A DNA stretch of 36,430 bases from Phoronis australis. Taxonomy: Eukaryota; Animalia; Phoronida. Position numbers and translations under genes: made by a program. The notes under the pieces are model-generated. The model was given only the letters and a program-made list of their open reading frames with translations. It made no database searches and was not told the origin of the DNA. The stretch is taken from NCBI GenBank assembly GCA_002633005.1, contig NMRA01000332.1:464625-501054 (forward strand), given 5' to 3'. Positions 25,901 through 35,815 of this stretch are shown here, piece by piece; the first letter of the stretch is position 1, and each line of letters begins with the position of its first letter.

Positions 25901-26808
25901 CTCTCAAGCACTATATATTTAATAAAGAGACTTCCACAGTCTGCCGGAAGTATTACGAGGTTCTTCATTCAGTCACTGCACGGCGCACTTGTCAATTAAT
26001 TGTTAGCTAACCCACGACTGGCTATACAAAGGCACATATGTACAAAAGAGGTAGAAGGGCTATGTACAGAAAGTATACAAACACACCAGGCATCAAAATG
26101 ACAGTATTTGACAGCGTAGGAAAAGTCAATTGGCATTCACAAGCTTGGCATATATGGCGACTTAATTCATTAATAAATGTACACCGATATCTTAGCAACA
26201 TCTTATACATTCAGGTAACTTGTTCGATAAAAATACCCCCTGGTGGTGAATAGAATTAAGCCCATACATGGCATAGGCATAAGCGGCGCACCATAGGGGG
26301 ATATAGCCCCCACGTTTTTCAGTGCTACGCCGCACATGGTCTATAGGCAGTGCACCACAGGGGAATTTAGCCCCTCCACTTTTCTCAGAGCTGCGCCACC
26401 CATGAATGATAGAATGTATTGTAGTGGCGACAATACACAGAGTGCTTTCCCTCAGAGCGCAGACGTCTGAGGGCAAGGCCAAAAGAAAGGGCCTATTTGA
26501 TTCATAGTACCCTGGCAGCCCAGTGGCGGATTGAGAAGGGGCCAAGGCCCCCCCCCTAAAACTCTCCCAGATTCCATTTAGTAATTGGGGTGCGAATGTC
26601 TGACGAGCAAAATCCTGGCTATGCCCTGGCCCCCCTAACATAAAATCCTGGATTCGCCCCTGCAGCCCCTGGACTAGAGAGATTGCAATAAACTGAAATG
26701 TACATCAGTGGTGTACAGGGCAAACTAATAAGTTAGCCACAAATCAAGTGTCAGCAATCAATTTAATGTAAAAGATTTGGCCGTATACCTTTCATTACTA
26801 ACTTCCAT
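13824..26808 (-). CDS. DSCC1: Sister chromatid cohesion protein DCC1 (CTF18-RFC subunit), complete spliced gene, 11 coding exons, 391 aa
   Basis: Manual splicing of 26808-26789, 25251-25087, 24455-24293, 23685-23551, 22531-22441, 19865-19727, 18828-18699, 17588-17511, 16873-16788, 15483-15421 and 13929-13824. All introns are GT-AG with consistent phases, total 1176 nt, no internal stop. The peptide matches recalled DSCC1 motifs (LVLRGD..AVLCT.DKTYELK.AETSN.LL, VQASEEEI, WQQSVP.GM, REKWT..DI.PYI, NGVKVYNS). Confidence 0.97.
14127..14205 (+). mobile_element. tRNA-derived SINE head (degenerate)
   Basis: A-box-like tggttcagtggct and B-box-like ggattcaagtcc at tRNA spacing. Confidence 0.45.
14803..15212. 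mobile_element. MITE in DSCC1 intron 10
   Basis: ttgcatgaaacagtcccaa ... ttgggactgtttcatgcaa, a 19-bp perfect inverted repeat. Confidence 0.7.
15421..15483 (-). CDS. DSCC1: DSCC1 exon 10
   Basis: gtctag|A; FDVLFRTREKWTLDDITPYI; AC|gtaagt (63 nt). Confidence 0.94.
16788..16873 (-). CDS. DSCC1: DSCC1 exon 9
   Basis: ttgaag|GMVLVDRSCRPEVIKYFPVEDLPEDPGE; AG|gtaggg (86 nt). Confidence 0.92.
16950..17475. repeat. Diverged ~260-bp tandem duplication in DSCC1 intron 8
   Basis: Shared blocks gtcattttcaactc, acataaatgaatccat, gcatttccca and ttgacattttccg occur twice in the same order. Confidence 0.75.
17511..17588 (-). CDS. DSCC1: DSCC1 exon 8
   Basis: ttttag|FNLHEFLDAWQQSVPMGMRTDLNQLQ|gtaagt (78 nt). 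Confidence 0.95.
18699..18828 (-). CDS. DSCC1: DSCC1 exon 7
   Basis: ttctag|T; SIVKHMLDCYGTSSDEEGNTVYKLNEEKICRLFAELILKHTDK|gtaaat (130 nt). Confidence 0.94.
19321..19467. repeat. Imperfect palindrome, possibly Penelope-derived
   Basis: ttctttattttcccaa/ttggagaataaaggaa and aaaatcactagctttcgagcctt/aaggcttgaaagcttaatgatttt. Confidence 0.6.
19727..19865 (-). CDS. DSCC1: DSCC1 exon 6
   Basis: ttcag|GC; YMRMFHCDYETKVLGFLTQLVEENSWEFNRVPLVDCVSTLQDIVS; AG|gtatac (139 nt). Confidence 0.94.
19912..19968. mobile_element. Tiny palindromic MITE remnant (Harbinger-like)
   Basis: ccgttcacatg...catgtgaacgg around the perfect 22-bp palindrome cgtttgcacccgggtgcaaacg; preceded by TAA. Confidence 0.6.
20249..21065. 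mobile_element. PIF/Harbinger-type non-autonomous transposon (817 bp) in DSCC1 intron 5
   Basis: ~35-bp TIRs gggctgttccagtaaaatccgtgtgggagggggg / cccccctcccatacagattttgctggaacagccc; TAA on both sides. Confidence 0.8.
21645..22290 (+). mobile_element. Penelope-like retroelement 3' fragment (GIY-YIG endonuclease pseudogene)
   Basis: With frameshifts: GVMYQVDCASC..YIGESGRQLRTRIDEHKK..SAILEH..RKIKE..INRDVGIELPHIY, followed by a hammerhead-like motif. Confidence 0.9.
22441..22531 (-). CDS. DSCC1: DSCC1 exon 5
   Basis: ttttcag|YTLAEILDSVQASEEEIKAQLVKLHALEID-G|gtattt (91 nt). Confidence 0.95.
23551..23685 (-). CDS. DSCC1: DSCC1 exon 4
   Basis: cgtag|VTAVLHNYFELRPCKPKLKKLKDMLKANMFSGYECEEDEEHSGRK|gtaagt (135 nt). 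Confidence 0.93.
24293..24455 (-). CDS. DSCC1: DSCC1 exon 3
   Basis: tgcag|A; LVLRGDESEAAVLCTRDKTYELKEAETSNSLLLVP...ITPKE|gtgagt. Confidence 0.95.
25087..25251 (-). CDS. DSCC1: DSCC1 exon 2
   Basis: ttacag|G; TLEVINKITDFAKIDRSDLQPTV...LLELDADCFRLLEVGE; AG|gtgc. Confidence 0.93.
25804..25872 (+). mobile_element. tRNA-Ala(UGC)-like SINE head or tRNA pseudogene
   Basis: gcttgctttgcatgcagaagatcccggattc resembles the anticodon arm and T arm of tRNA-Ala(TGC); the cloverleaf is broken. Confidence 0.5.
26521..26662. mobile_element. MITE CAGTGGCGGAT...ATTCGCCCCTG with a 5-bp TSD (CAGCC)
   Basis: cagcc at 26516-26520 and 26663-26667. Confidence 0.8.
26789..26808 (-). CDS. DSCC1: DSCC1 coding exon 1 (MEVSNE-R)
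   Basis: ATG GAA GTT AGT AAT GAA AG|gtatac. Phase 2 joins exon 2 to give Arg; it lies at the shared promoter. Confidence 0.75.
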
Positions 26809-26922
26809 GCTGACAATTTCGCAAAATTACCCGCGTTTCTGAAGAATAACTTCCGCCTTACCCAGCTAACCAATCATCGTTCTCTTACATGGACAGCCCG
26901 AATCTAAAATCCAAAATGGCGG
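26809..26922. promoter_or_regulatory. Bidirectional promoter shared by DSCC1 and EPS15
   Basis: 107 bp between divergent ATGs; ETS/GABP-like ACTTCCG (26849-26855), CCAAT (26870-26874), YY1-like AAAATGGCGG (26913-26922). Confidence 0.8.
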
Positions 26923-26942
26923 CTCTTCCTCCGTTGGCGCAA
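26916..26942 (+). CDS. EPS15: EPS15-like exon 1 (MAALPPLAQ)
   Basis: aaaATGGCG start context, CAA|gtacgc donor; resembles the recalled EPS15L1 N-terminus. An in-frame upstream ATG exists at 26889. Confidence 0.85.
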
Positions 26943-29900
26943 GTACGCATAGATTTTTTATTTACTTGTTTTTATGCTGCATCTTTGGCACTTGAAAGTA
27001 CATTGTCTGTTTGTTAATGATGCGTATTTGTAAATTGTATTGTTGTCATAGTAATCGAACAAAATGTTCTGTATTAAAAAATGTAGACTCTGTAAACATC
27101 GTGACCAGTCACACCCCTCTCACAGCAGTCCACTCGGCCTCAAGACCTCCAGGCTCAGCCCAGCCTCACATGCCTCACTCAATAAACCTAGTTTACGCCA
27201 GAACGTTGGCTATGAATTTTGAACTTGACTTTATGGTCAAATGGAAAAGAACATTTTGACATTAAAATCCTTTGTTTGACGTGGCAGCTCCTTTGCCTTT
27301 GGTTGGCTTTGCTACAAGTTACATCAGCGTTCAGCCTCCCGTTCAGTAATGCTAGGACCTCGCTGAAAAGCAAGACTTCGCGAGATTACGTGAGATACTG
27401 CCGTGTATTTTAAATGAGCACACGTGACTTTGACTAGGTTTTAGCTAGGTCCTAGCGTAGGTCCTAGCGTAGGTCCTAGCGTCTACTGAACGCATACCAG
27501 TTTTCCTACTTCATGCCTTATTACGGCCTAGGCAATGACCATCGCCTCTGTTGGCCCGAAGCAGAGGCGATGTAGAGGCTATAGGCGCTCTGTACGCCGG
27601 AAGCTTTTCGGCGAATTATGCCTCGCACCGACTAAACCATCAAAGTCACGTTGTTACAAATACCTTTTGTGCATAGAGGAACACCTTAGGAGGTTGTCGA
27701 TGTGTTTAATTCCTTCCAACTCGAACAAATACTCCCGTTATGAAACTTTTTCTTCGAGCGTTGCGTTGTTGTAAGTACCTTTTGCGCATAGGGGCACACT
27801 TTTGAAAGCAGTTGAAGTCTTTTAATTCCTTCTGACTCGAACAAATGCTCTTGTAATCAAACCACAGTTCTTTATTCAGTTGCCTAATTTTCAACTGGCC
27901 ATTTTTACACTGCATGTGCCAGGGGATGGCACTCACCATCTCGACAGCCAGTTAAGCCAATGGCACTCTCTAAAGTTGGAACCAATGTTGCATGCCCGGG
28001 GGTTGAACCTGGTTTTGCCGGATAAAGTTTTTTTCTTTGTTGTTTCATGTAGCCTAGGGTTAAGTAACCATGATTTAGGGGAGTGACCGTTCGCATTTTT
28101 TTAAATATGTAAATAAAGGTCGCCATTATGCAAAATTTTATTTTTGCATATAATTTCCTTATCAACCAATGCAGCCAAATAATTTTGACGTTTTACCCAT
28201 GTTTCTGTGGTCAACGAATTTAATAGTGTAAGTTTTTTGGTGAATACATTGTCAATTTGCATAATTTATGCTAATAAAGACCGCATTTATTCAAAATTCT
28301 TCTTGTGCTTATAGCTACTGTAGCAGGTACCACAGATGAAGTATTATGATATTTGCACCTATACTCTTTTGGTCAATTAGTTTAATGGAATCGGTTTGCA
28401 TATTGTTGCATGATAAATTTGCATAATTAGTGCAATTTTGCATAACTATTTCAAATTAAGGGTGCCATTATGCAAAATTTTACTTGTGCTGATAGTTGTG
28501 GTACCAAGCACCACAGGTAAACTCTCATGATATTTGAACCTATGTTCCTATGGTCAATTAAGTTAATGAAACCACTTTGCAAGTTGCATGATAAATTAAC
28601 ATAATTTATGAAAATAAATACGGCCATTATTAAAAATTTGATTTCTGCTCGTAACTTTCTTACAGGGGGCACTACATGTAGATTATTTTAGTATTTTTGC
28701 TGATGAATTTTATGTAATCTGTCATTACGATCTGTAATTTATTGCACAGCAATACAAATTCGAGTTTTGCCTGACACCCAGGATATATGTAGTAGATGAC
28801 CAAATTGTTTAATTGCATAAACCCAGGACATAACCTATCTAATGGAGACCGGTCACAAGACGTTTCAAATGCTAATTCAACACTCGGAACGTGAGCACAC
28901 CGCAGTATAACATGCCCAAAATATTTTGCGGGATAGAAAATTGACAGTTGCAATTCTAGAATTTCATGAAATCGGACCTTTGCAGCAACACCAAATCATC
29001 ACTAGTATGCAATAGGAACGAGTTGGACACCACGCGGAATTGTAGATGGTGAGATTGATTTGTTTATGGCATCTTTCTTCCATCCATAGTCTTCTGGATC
29101 TAGTGCTGGTGACATTCCACCACATGACTAACTGGTAAATGGACTCTGTTTACGTTTACATTCTCTGTGAACGCCTCTGTGACAGTTTGAGGGTGGACAT
29201 ATATTTCTTGCTATTTCTCTTCCCCATACCAGTAGTCTGATTTCTGACATCTTCCTGATTCTCTTCATTCCATAACAGGTGCACATACACTTACTGGCCT
29301 GTTTCATGACATCAGAAAATTGTGCATCAAAAGTGCCGATGCCAGACAAGTCATGTCCAGCTTTCAATATTTTAACGATGGATCCCTTTCCAACTCCATA
29401 GTAGCATGCCACCATGTTACACCCGTACAGTGCATGGGTAGGGAGGAGACCTTCTCAATATCGCTACACGTTTCCAGCATTAACTAAATACATGACTGTC
29501 TACGACTGTTCTATGCTTACTAGGTAATTTCATGGTTGTGGTATTTGAAGCTGTTCCTTGTCTTAGTGATGCAGACGAAGGACAAATACATTTTTGTCAT
29601 CCGAAACAACCTAAAATTTGTTACGTTCACATGCACATTTCACATCCTGCCACACAATAATTGAGCTAGCATCTTGGTGGAATGTCTCCAATGTCCTTGT
29701 ACTGTATTAAGGAACAAGGATCATCATCACTGATTACCTAATTGTGTTCCTAACATACTGATCTGGAAGTCTGATAACATTGCATTTCCCATGCTTATTG
29801 TTTTATGTAGGTCTACATTAACTGTTGAAGTAGCAATCCTGTCACTGCTAATGTTCACTACTGCGTCTTTGGGATAAACCTTGGGATCCAATAGATCAGT

Positions 29901-32900
29901 GCTGGTATCTGCTTTTCGTGCAATATCCTGGGTTTGTGCATCGAATTGTACCTTACTTTCTTCCATGTGATAGGTTGTAGTACAAGATCTAATGTTGACT
30001 GCTCTCCATCTCTTCAAGCTCTGTTTCATTCTTGTAGGACAAATGGCAACTTGCGCCCTAAGATTAAGAGTCTCTTCTTTTAGTGCTATTCCCTACTATT
30101 CCTTCACTAATGTTTTCGTACCTCATGAATGTGGTCCCTTTAAACTGATCGCTCCGAACCCCATCCCAGTATTCACCCCTGTCATTAAACTAATCTGCCT
30201 TTTTTCTATGGACTGTGGGAGTGCAGGGCAATAGGCAGTATATTGTTTTTGGAATTTAAGGTCTCAAACTGCAGAACACACACTACACCAAATATTTTCT
30301 TACTTCATCATCTGCAAATTTATCATGCTACAACCTTCAAACAGATTTCATTAAATTCATTGACCACTGAAACATGGGTGCAAATATTTATAACTAACCT
30401 CTGGTGTCTGATGCAGCAGTTATAAGCACAAGTAGAATTTTGAATATGACAGCTGTAATTTTTGTAAATTATCAGTTGTGCAAATTCATGATGACTATTA
30501 AAACATGAGACAAGTTTGAAAATAATCTACATGTAATGCCCGTAAGGAATTTATGAGCAGAAGCAGTATTTGGAATACTGCTGTCCTTTATTTATATAAA
30601 TTATGAAAATTCATCATGCAACAACTTGTCAACTGATTCCACAGAAACATTGGGTATGGGTAAAGACGTTAAAATAGTTTACTTGGGGTGCCTGGTACTT
30701 CAGCTATAAGCAAAGGTAGAATTTTGAATAATGGTGGCCTTAATTTGCATATATTATGCAAATTTACGATGTATCCACCAGCATTAAATTCACTGACCAT
30801 GGAAGCATAAGTGAAAACATTAAAGTAACCAGTCTGAAGTGCTTGGTGAGGGCGCTTAAGCAAAATATAATTTTGAATAATGGTGGCCTTAATTTGCATT
30901 AATTGCGCAAATTTATCATACAACAACATGCAAACTGATTTCATTAAACTAATTGACCATAGAAACATAGGTGCAAAAGTAATCTGTGATGATTAGTACC
31001 ATGGCTATTAAAACAAGTAAAATTTTGAATAATGGTGGCCTTAATTTGCATATTAAATTATGCAAATTGACAATGTATCCACCCAAAAACTTTCATTATT
31101 AAATTTGTGGACCATGGAAACATAGATGAAAGCACCAAAATAACCTTCCTGCAGTGCTTGGTAAGGAAATTATAAGCAATTAAAATAAAATTTTGCACGG
31201 CCTTGATTTGCATAAATTATGCAAATTGACAATGTATTTACCTAATAACTTGCACTATTAAATTCATTGACCATGAAAACATAGGTAAAAACGTCAAAAT
31301 AATCTGGCTGCAGTGCTTGGTAAGGAAATTATAAACAAAAATAGAATTTTGCACAATGGCGGATTTAACTTGCATATTTAAAACACTGACCAAGGTTTGC
31401 GAACGGTCACCCCCCTAAATCATGATTAACTATGCTGAGGCAACTTGAAACAGCAAAGAAAAAACTTTATCTGGCAAATCCAGGTTTGTAAAAAAACAGC
31501 ATTTGGCTCCCGGACTAAAGGGTGGTATTCTGTGTTCAGGAATTTAAATGGCGAAGATGATAAAGCAAGAGTTTGTCAATGTTTACTCTGATATTGTTTC
31601 TTTACTTTCAGATTGTTGGGAGTCATGGGGCTGTCTATNTGTGTTCAGGAATTTAAATGGCGAAGATGATAAAGCAAGAGTTTGTCAATGTTTACTCTGA
31701 TATTGTTTCTTTACTTTCAGATTGTTGGGAGTCATGGGGCTGTCTATGAAGCATATTTCAAACAGGTCAATATTTCATCCTTTGATATAATTCAGAAGTG
31801 TGCAGGGTTTAGTGATAGTGGCAATGTATTTTTTTTTCAAAAAACTTGATGACATAAATCTTTTAATTTCATTTTTTTTTGTTTAGGAGTTGTTCTCAAT
31901 GTGAACATATTACATGCCGACCCGTAAGAGTTATTGACTAATTAGTTAGAACTAGACATTTTGTTGTTGTGATGAAATTGAATAAGCAATGAACTGTGTG
32001 TCATTTTGCTTTCAATTTACTTGTTACAGGCCGATTTCAACAGCACTGGATCAGTGGGGGCTTTAGATGCTGCAAATTTTATGAAAAAGTCTGGTCTTCA
32101 ACAAAAAGTTTTGTCCCAGGTATGAAAGTTAAAAATGCAAAGGTTCTTAAGATGTCATGATTTCCGTTTTCAAAAAAACAGAGAAATCCGTTATAATTTT
32201 AACAAGAGAAACTAAAATTCTGCTTATTTTCCAATTGGTATGTTTAACTTAGCACATTCTATTTTAAGGATGACTTATTGCATGCCATGTTGATATTTTC
32301 TCAAGTGGCAGAAACGGGGGATAGAACAGCCTTCCCAGTTGAACATGGCCGCTGCTATGTGATCATTGTTCTAGTTGTGTTCAGAATTTATCTAATATGG
32401 AAACGAATTTGATGAATTACACTTTTCATTTTGAAAACCCACTAATTTCGTTAAAGAAGTATTAGAACCTGTTTCATTAAAAGTGACTGGAGACTTGAGA
32501 CAGAAATTTGGTCTTACGCTCCACACAACTATTTCACTTTGAGCAAAAATGTGAAGTCTCTAAGAATATACACAACTGCTGTTTACTGCAGATAACTTTC
32601 TTCAAATAATATCTGTACTGTGATGCGCTCATAATTACTTGGCTAAAAATAATCAAATTGCACTTTGAGCAAAAGTGTGAAGTCTCCGAGAATATACACA
32701 ACTGCTGTTTACTGCAGATATCTTTCTTTAAATTATATCTATACTGTGATGCACTCATAATCATCGTGTAAGATAATCAAGCTAAGTGTCTTAGAGTAGG
32801 ACAGGTAAACAGGAATTGACTGATTTTATCCTGATGCTGAGACATGATGAGTTAAATGATTTTAAAATGAATTGGGTTAGTTATTAGACAGAAAAGCGAA

Positions 32901-35445
32901 GGTGACCATGCTAATAAGCGGATGAGAATCAATTTTGCTGATTTTTTAATCGCAATATGGAAGAATATGACATAAAAATGAATCGTTACATTATGCAGGT
33001 TGTTTTATATGTATTTATATGGACATGATTTGCTTTTTGACATTGCATGACAACAACCGATATATTCTGTCGACCGGTATGACATTAACTAGGCTTCACT
33101 ATATTAAGATATTCTTGATGGCTTACTAAAAGACCGTGAACCACTGCAGATGTTTTTCGTGTGAATTTTTGTCTCTTCAGATATGGGACCTAGCTGACTC
33201 CAGTGGCAGGGGATATCTGGACTACCCGAGCTTCTGTGTAGCTTTAAAACTTATAGCGCTTGCTCAGAGTGGTCAAGATACTACACATGCCAACCTGACA
33301 TCACAAGCTCCCGTGCCAAAACTAGTGAGTGAAACCTCCTGAATTTGGTAATTGCCACTCACAGTGGTACCGCATTTTGAGAACCAGTTTTCTCCACTGA
33401 ATAAAGGGTATCAAACTGGTTCTCAAAATGTGGGACCCCAGGAAGTGATTATTGCTTCTGAATTAAGCCAGTTGTTGAAGAAAGATACTACGTACAAGGT
33501 ATTCAGAAAATGTACGCCAAGGTCATTACAGTGCTGGGAGTTCAAGTTCAGTTCCCGTGGGTGGACATGACACCTGGTCCTAATGCATGGTTATGCCTTA
33601 TGAAAGTAGATTAGGCGTCATGGGCGGCGTATGCATGGGAATGGCAAACAAGGGGCTCAGCTTTGGGAAATTAATCACGCAATGCTATTGGAAGCTCAAA
33701 ACGCTTAAGGAAGTGCAAAGATAATTGACATTTTCTACTTAGTAAACAATTTATTTTGTGGTTTAAAGACTTAATTTTTTGGTCACCTCTAAGAATTTAG
33801 ACCAGTAATCTTGTTCCTAAATCAGTAAATTAATGCAGTTCTTGTCATTTGAAATGTGAATACATTTTTGGGACACCCTGTATTTCTCTGTTAAATTTCA
33901 AAGGAAAAACCTGTTGTTGTATACTGGCCGTGATTAGTATTGTCAACTAAAATGTTGAGTGACACAAAAATGACACTCAAAATGTCATTGCCATCAATTT
34001 TTAATGAAGCATTCTCACGGATAATAGGTTCCCAAACTGTTCATGTTACTTGGAGTTTTTTCAAGCTGTGCACATGGTGCCTGGCTAGCCAAAATGTTGT
34101 TGCTCTAAATTTTTTATCAGACCACATTCGCGCTTTTGTGGAAAGCAGGTTAAAAATGACGAGATTGGCACTGTGACCTTGAAACCTGGCTGAATTGTAT
34201 CGAAAAATTTTTGATGAAGGAACTTAATGTATGAAACGCCCTCGACACATTCCAGGAAACGGTATTCTTGTAATAGTGCTAATACGCTGTTGAGCATCAC
34301 CTTTGATGCTTTTTTAAGAATTTGGATTTTTTGTTGAAAATTGTTGTCGAATCTATGGTAAGAGCTATAATAGTTAACCTGTTCATCAAGTGTTAGGACA
34401 ATCAATTTTACTGCCTTGACAGAGAACAACACCACTGTACAGTATTAGTTATAAGTTGGTCATGAAGGCCCCTTGGTTGTGTGGTAGTTGAGATGACTGG
34501 GGAAGTAAATTTCAATTCACTTCTCTGTAAGACTCACTACCCTCATTCTGAAGTGCTTAGGTTATCAGGGAGAAAGGAAACGAGAGAATCGTGTCAAAAG
34601 GTTAACAGCAATGTGGAGTGCCATTACAAGATTAACTGTAGTCACATAATCTGGCAGTCTGAACTCTTGGGAATCAAATGTATTATTAATATAATTGTCA
34701 AGTTATCATTTATGGGGACAGTGTTGTCAACTGGTCTCATAAGGCACTACTATCTCAACTCAACCTGGCAGTAATGTCTCATGTTCAATTGCCCGTGTCC
34801 TTCTGTTCAAGTACTTAATAGATATCTGCATTTCTAGTTCAAGTGTCAGTGATATGGAACCCTCTGTAAGATAATTATTTTTTGGCACCCACATAAAATT
34901 TTCAATTGTGGTCAAATATAGTCAGCATCCCGTCCATCCATCAGTCCGTTGTCACCTGTGTCAAGTTGATTTTCCTAATAATTACTTGGCTCTAAAATGT
35001 ATGGCAACCATGGCAGTTTTACTTTTCCTCAACAACTTTTTGTCCGTCAGACTCTGTTTTTGGAAAAATGCCAAAACTTGATAAAAAGGTACATTATTTA
35101 TGAAGGTCGAAATACGCCGGCACCAGTCGGTTTTCAGACAACCAGTTACCGTGACCCCATTAGGGATAAACTTTTTGATGAAAAATTACTTTTCTGTCAA
35201 TTTTTGATGAGATGACTTAAAAATGTACCGAAACTTTACTCAGAGGTAAATGGTGGGCTGCACCTAAAGGGGTAGCCATTTTGGTTTTTGTCACCCCGTA
35301 GCACAGTTTCAATCTATCTTCTGTGTATTATTACTTACCAGGAAGTTTTTGCCAGTTTTATTTCTGTGATTCATTTTCAATTCTCTTTCAGGGAGAAGTG
35401 AGCACAGCACCCCCACCTGGTGGCCAAGTGCCGTGGACGATTACA
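26916..35445 (+). CDS. EPS15: Epidermal growth factor receptor substrate 15 family (EPS15/EPS15L1-like), 5' part: EH1 domain and start of EH2; continues beyond the window
   Basis: Exons 26916-26942, 31721-31765, 32030-32119, 33181-33324 and 35392-35445 are all GT-AG, phase 0. Peptide: MAALPPLAQ-IVGSHGAVYEAYFKQ-ADFNSTGSVGALDAANFMKKSGLQQKVLSQ-IWDLADSSGRGYLDYPSFCVALKLIALAQSG...PVPKL-GEVSTAPPPGGQVPWTIT, the typical Eps15 N-terminal EH domain. Confidence 0.93.
27340..27493. mobile_element. Small MITE with three 12-bp taggtcctagcg tandem units
   Basis: cgttcagtaatgctaggacct ... aggtcctagcgtctactgaacg inverted ends. Confidence 0.65.
27971..31517 (-). mobile_element. Decayed Academ (AcademX-type) DNA transposon in EPS15 intron 1
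   Basis: Long inverted termini (28006-28095 vs 31398-31486); right end ...ggctcccggaCTA; arrays of subterminal repeats; internal transposase relics. Confidence 0.82.
28870..30200 (-). pseudogene. Academ transposase relic with XPG/FEN1-like domain
   Basis: Fragmented motifs: WDGVRSDQFKGTTFMRY, VVNISSDRIATSTVNVD, HQDASSII, VVSDDKNVFVL, LLPTHALYGCNMVACYYGVGK, EAFTENV, LDPEDYGW; many stops and frameshifts. Confidence 0.8.
31531..31747. repeat. Exact 108-bp direct duplication flanking a single N (assembly overlap artifact)
   Basis: 31531-31638 equals 31640-31747; N at 31639. Confidence 0.92.
31721..31765 (+). CDS. EPS15: EPS15-like exon 2
   Basis: tttcag|IVGSHGAVYEAYFKQ|gtcaat. Confidence 0.9.
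32030..32119 (+). CDS. EPS15: EPS15-like exon 3
   Basis: ttacag|ADFNSTGSVGALDAANFMKKSGLQQKVLSQ|gtatga. Confidence 0.95.
32535..32780. repeat. ~126-bp tandem duplication in EPS15 intron 3
   Basis: cactttgagcaaaa...gctcataat begins at both 32535 and 32661. Confidence 0.9.
33181..33324 (+). CDS. EPS15: EPS15-like exon 4
   Basis: cttcag|IWDLADSSGRGYLD...APVPKL|gtgagt. Confidence 0.95.
33861..33882 (-). mobile_element. Isolated Tc1/mariner-like terminus
   Basis: Reverse complement TA-CAGGGTGTCCCAAAAA; partner end not found. Confidence 0.35.
35392..35445 (+). CDS. EPS15: EPS15-like exon 5
   Basis: tttcag|GEVSTAPPPGGQVPWTIT|gtaagt; PW motif marks the start of EH2. Confidence 0.88.
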
Positions 35446-35487
35446 GTAAGTTCTGTTACAATTGTATGTTATGTGATGATTAGTGTT

Positions 35488-35815
35488 CAGTGGCGGATCT
35501 AGGATACCATTAGGGGGGGGCCAACATGTTGCCTTGGGTAATTAGGCAAAGTGGTATTGTATGTGTACAAACTAAGCACAACAATACAATCTGGCTCTCT
35601 GATTGGTCAATTCAATAGAAAAGCGCCATCAAGTGGCAGGAATGTGATCATATTTTGTGCAACAAAAACACCCTTTTTATAAAAAATGTGCAAGTGTAGA
35701 TGTGGGAACTTTTTGGAATTTGTTTTATAGGTATATTATCTAGCCACATAGAAAAAACTAGGTTGCCCCCCAAAGTACTCACAAGGATGAACGCTACGAG
35801 ATCTGGCCCACCGAC
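35488..35815. mobile_element. Third CAGTGGCGGATCT MITE copy (right end degenerate)
   Basis: cagtggcggatctagg...ggggggg; possible right end agatctggcccaccg; no clear TSD. Confidence 0.45.

Noticed and set aside
26192-26641. Longest ORF in the track (149 aa, minus strand)
   Set aside because: Runs through GC-rich MITEs in DSCC1 intron 1, starts at a non-ATG codon and has no protein-like features
29128-29415. Host FEN1/XPG nuclease gene
   Set aside because: Intronless, full of frameshifts and enclosed by transposon inverted termini
31612-31638. Mutually exclusive alternative EPS15 exon
   Set aside because: Identical to exon 2, truncated at the N, and has no donor site
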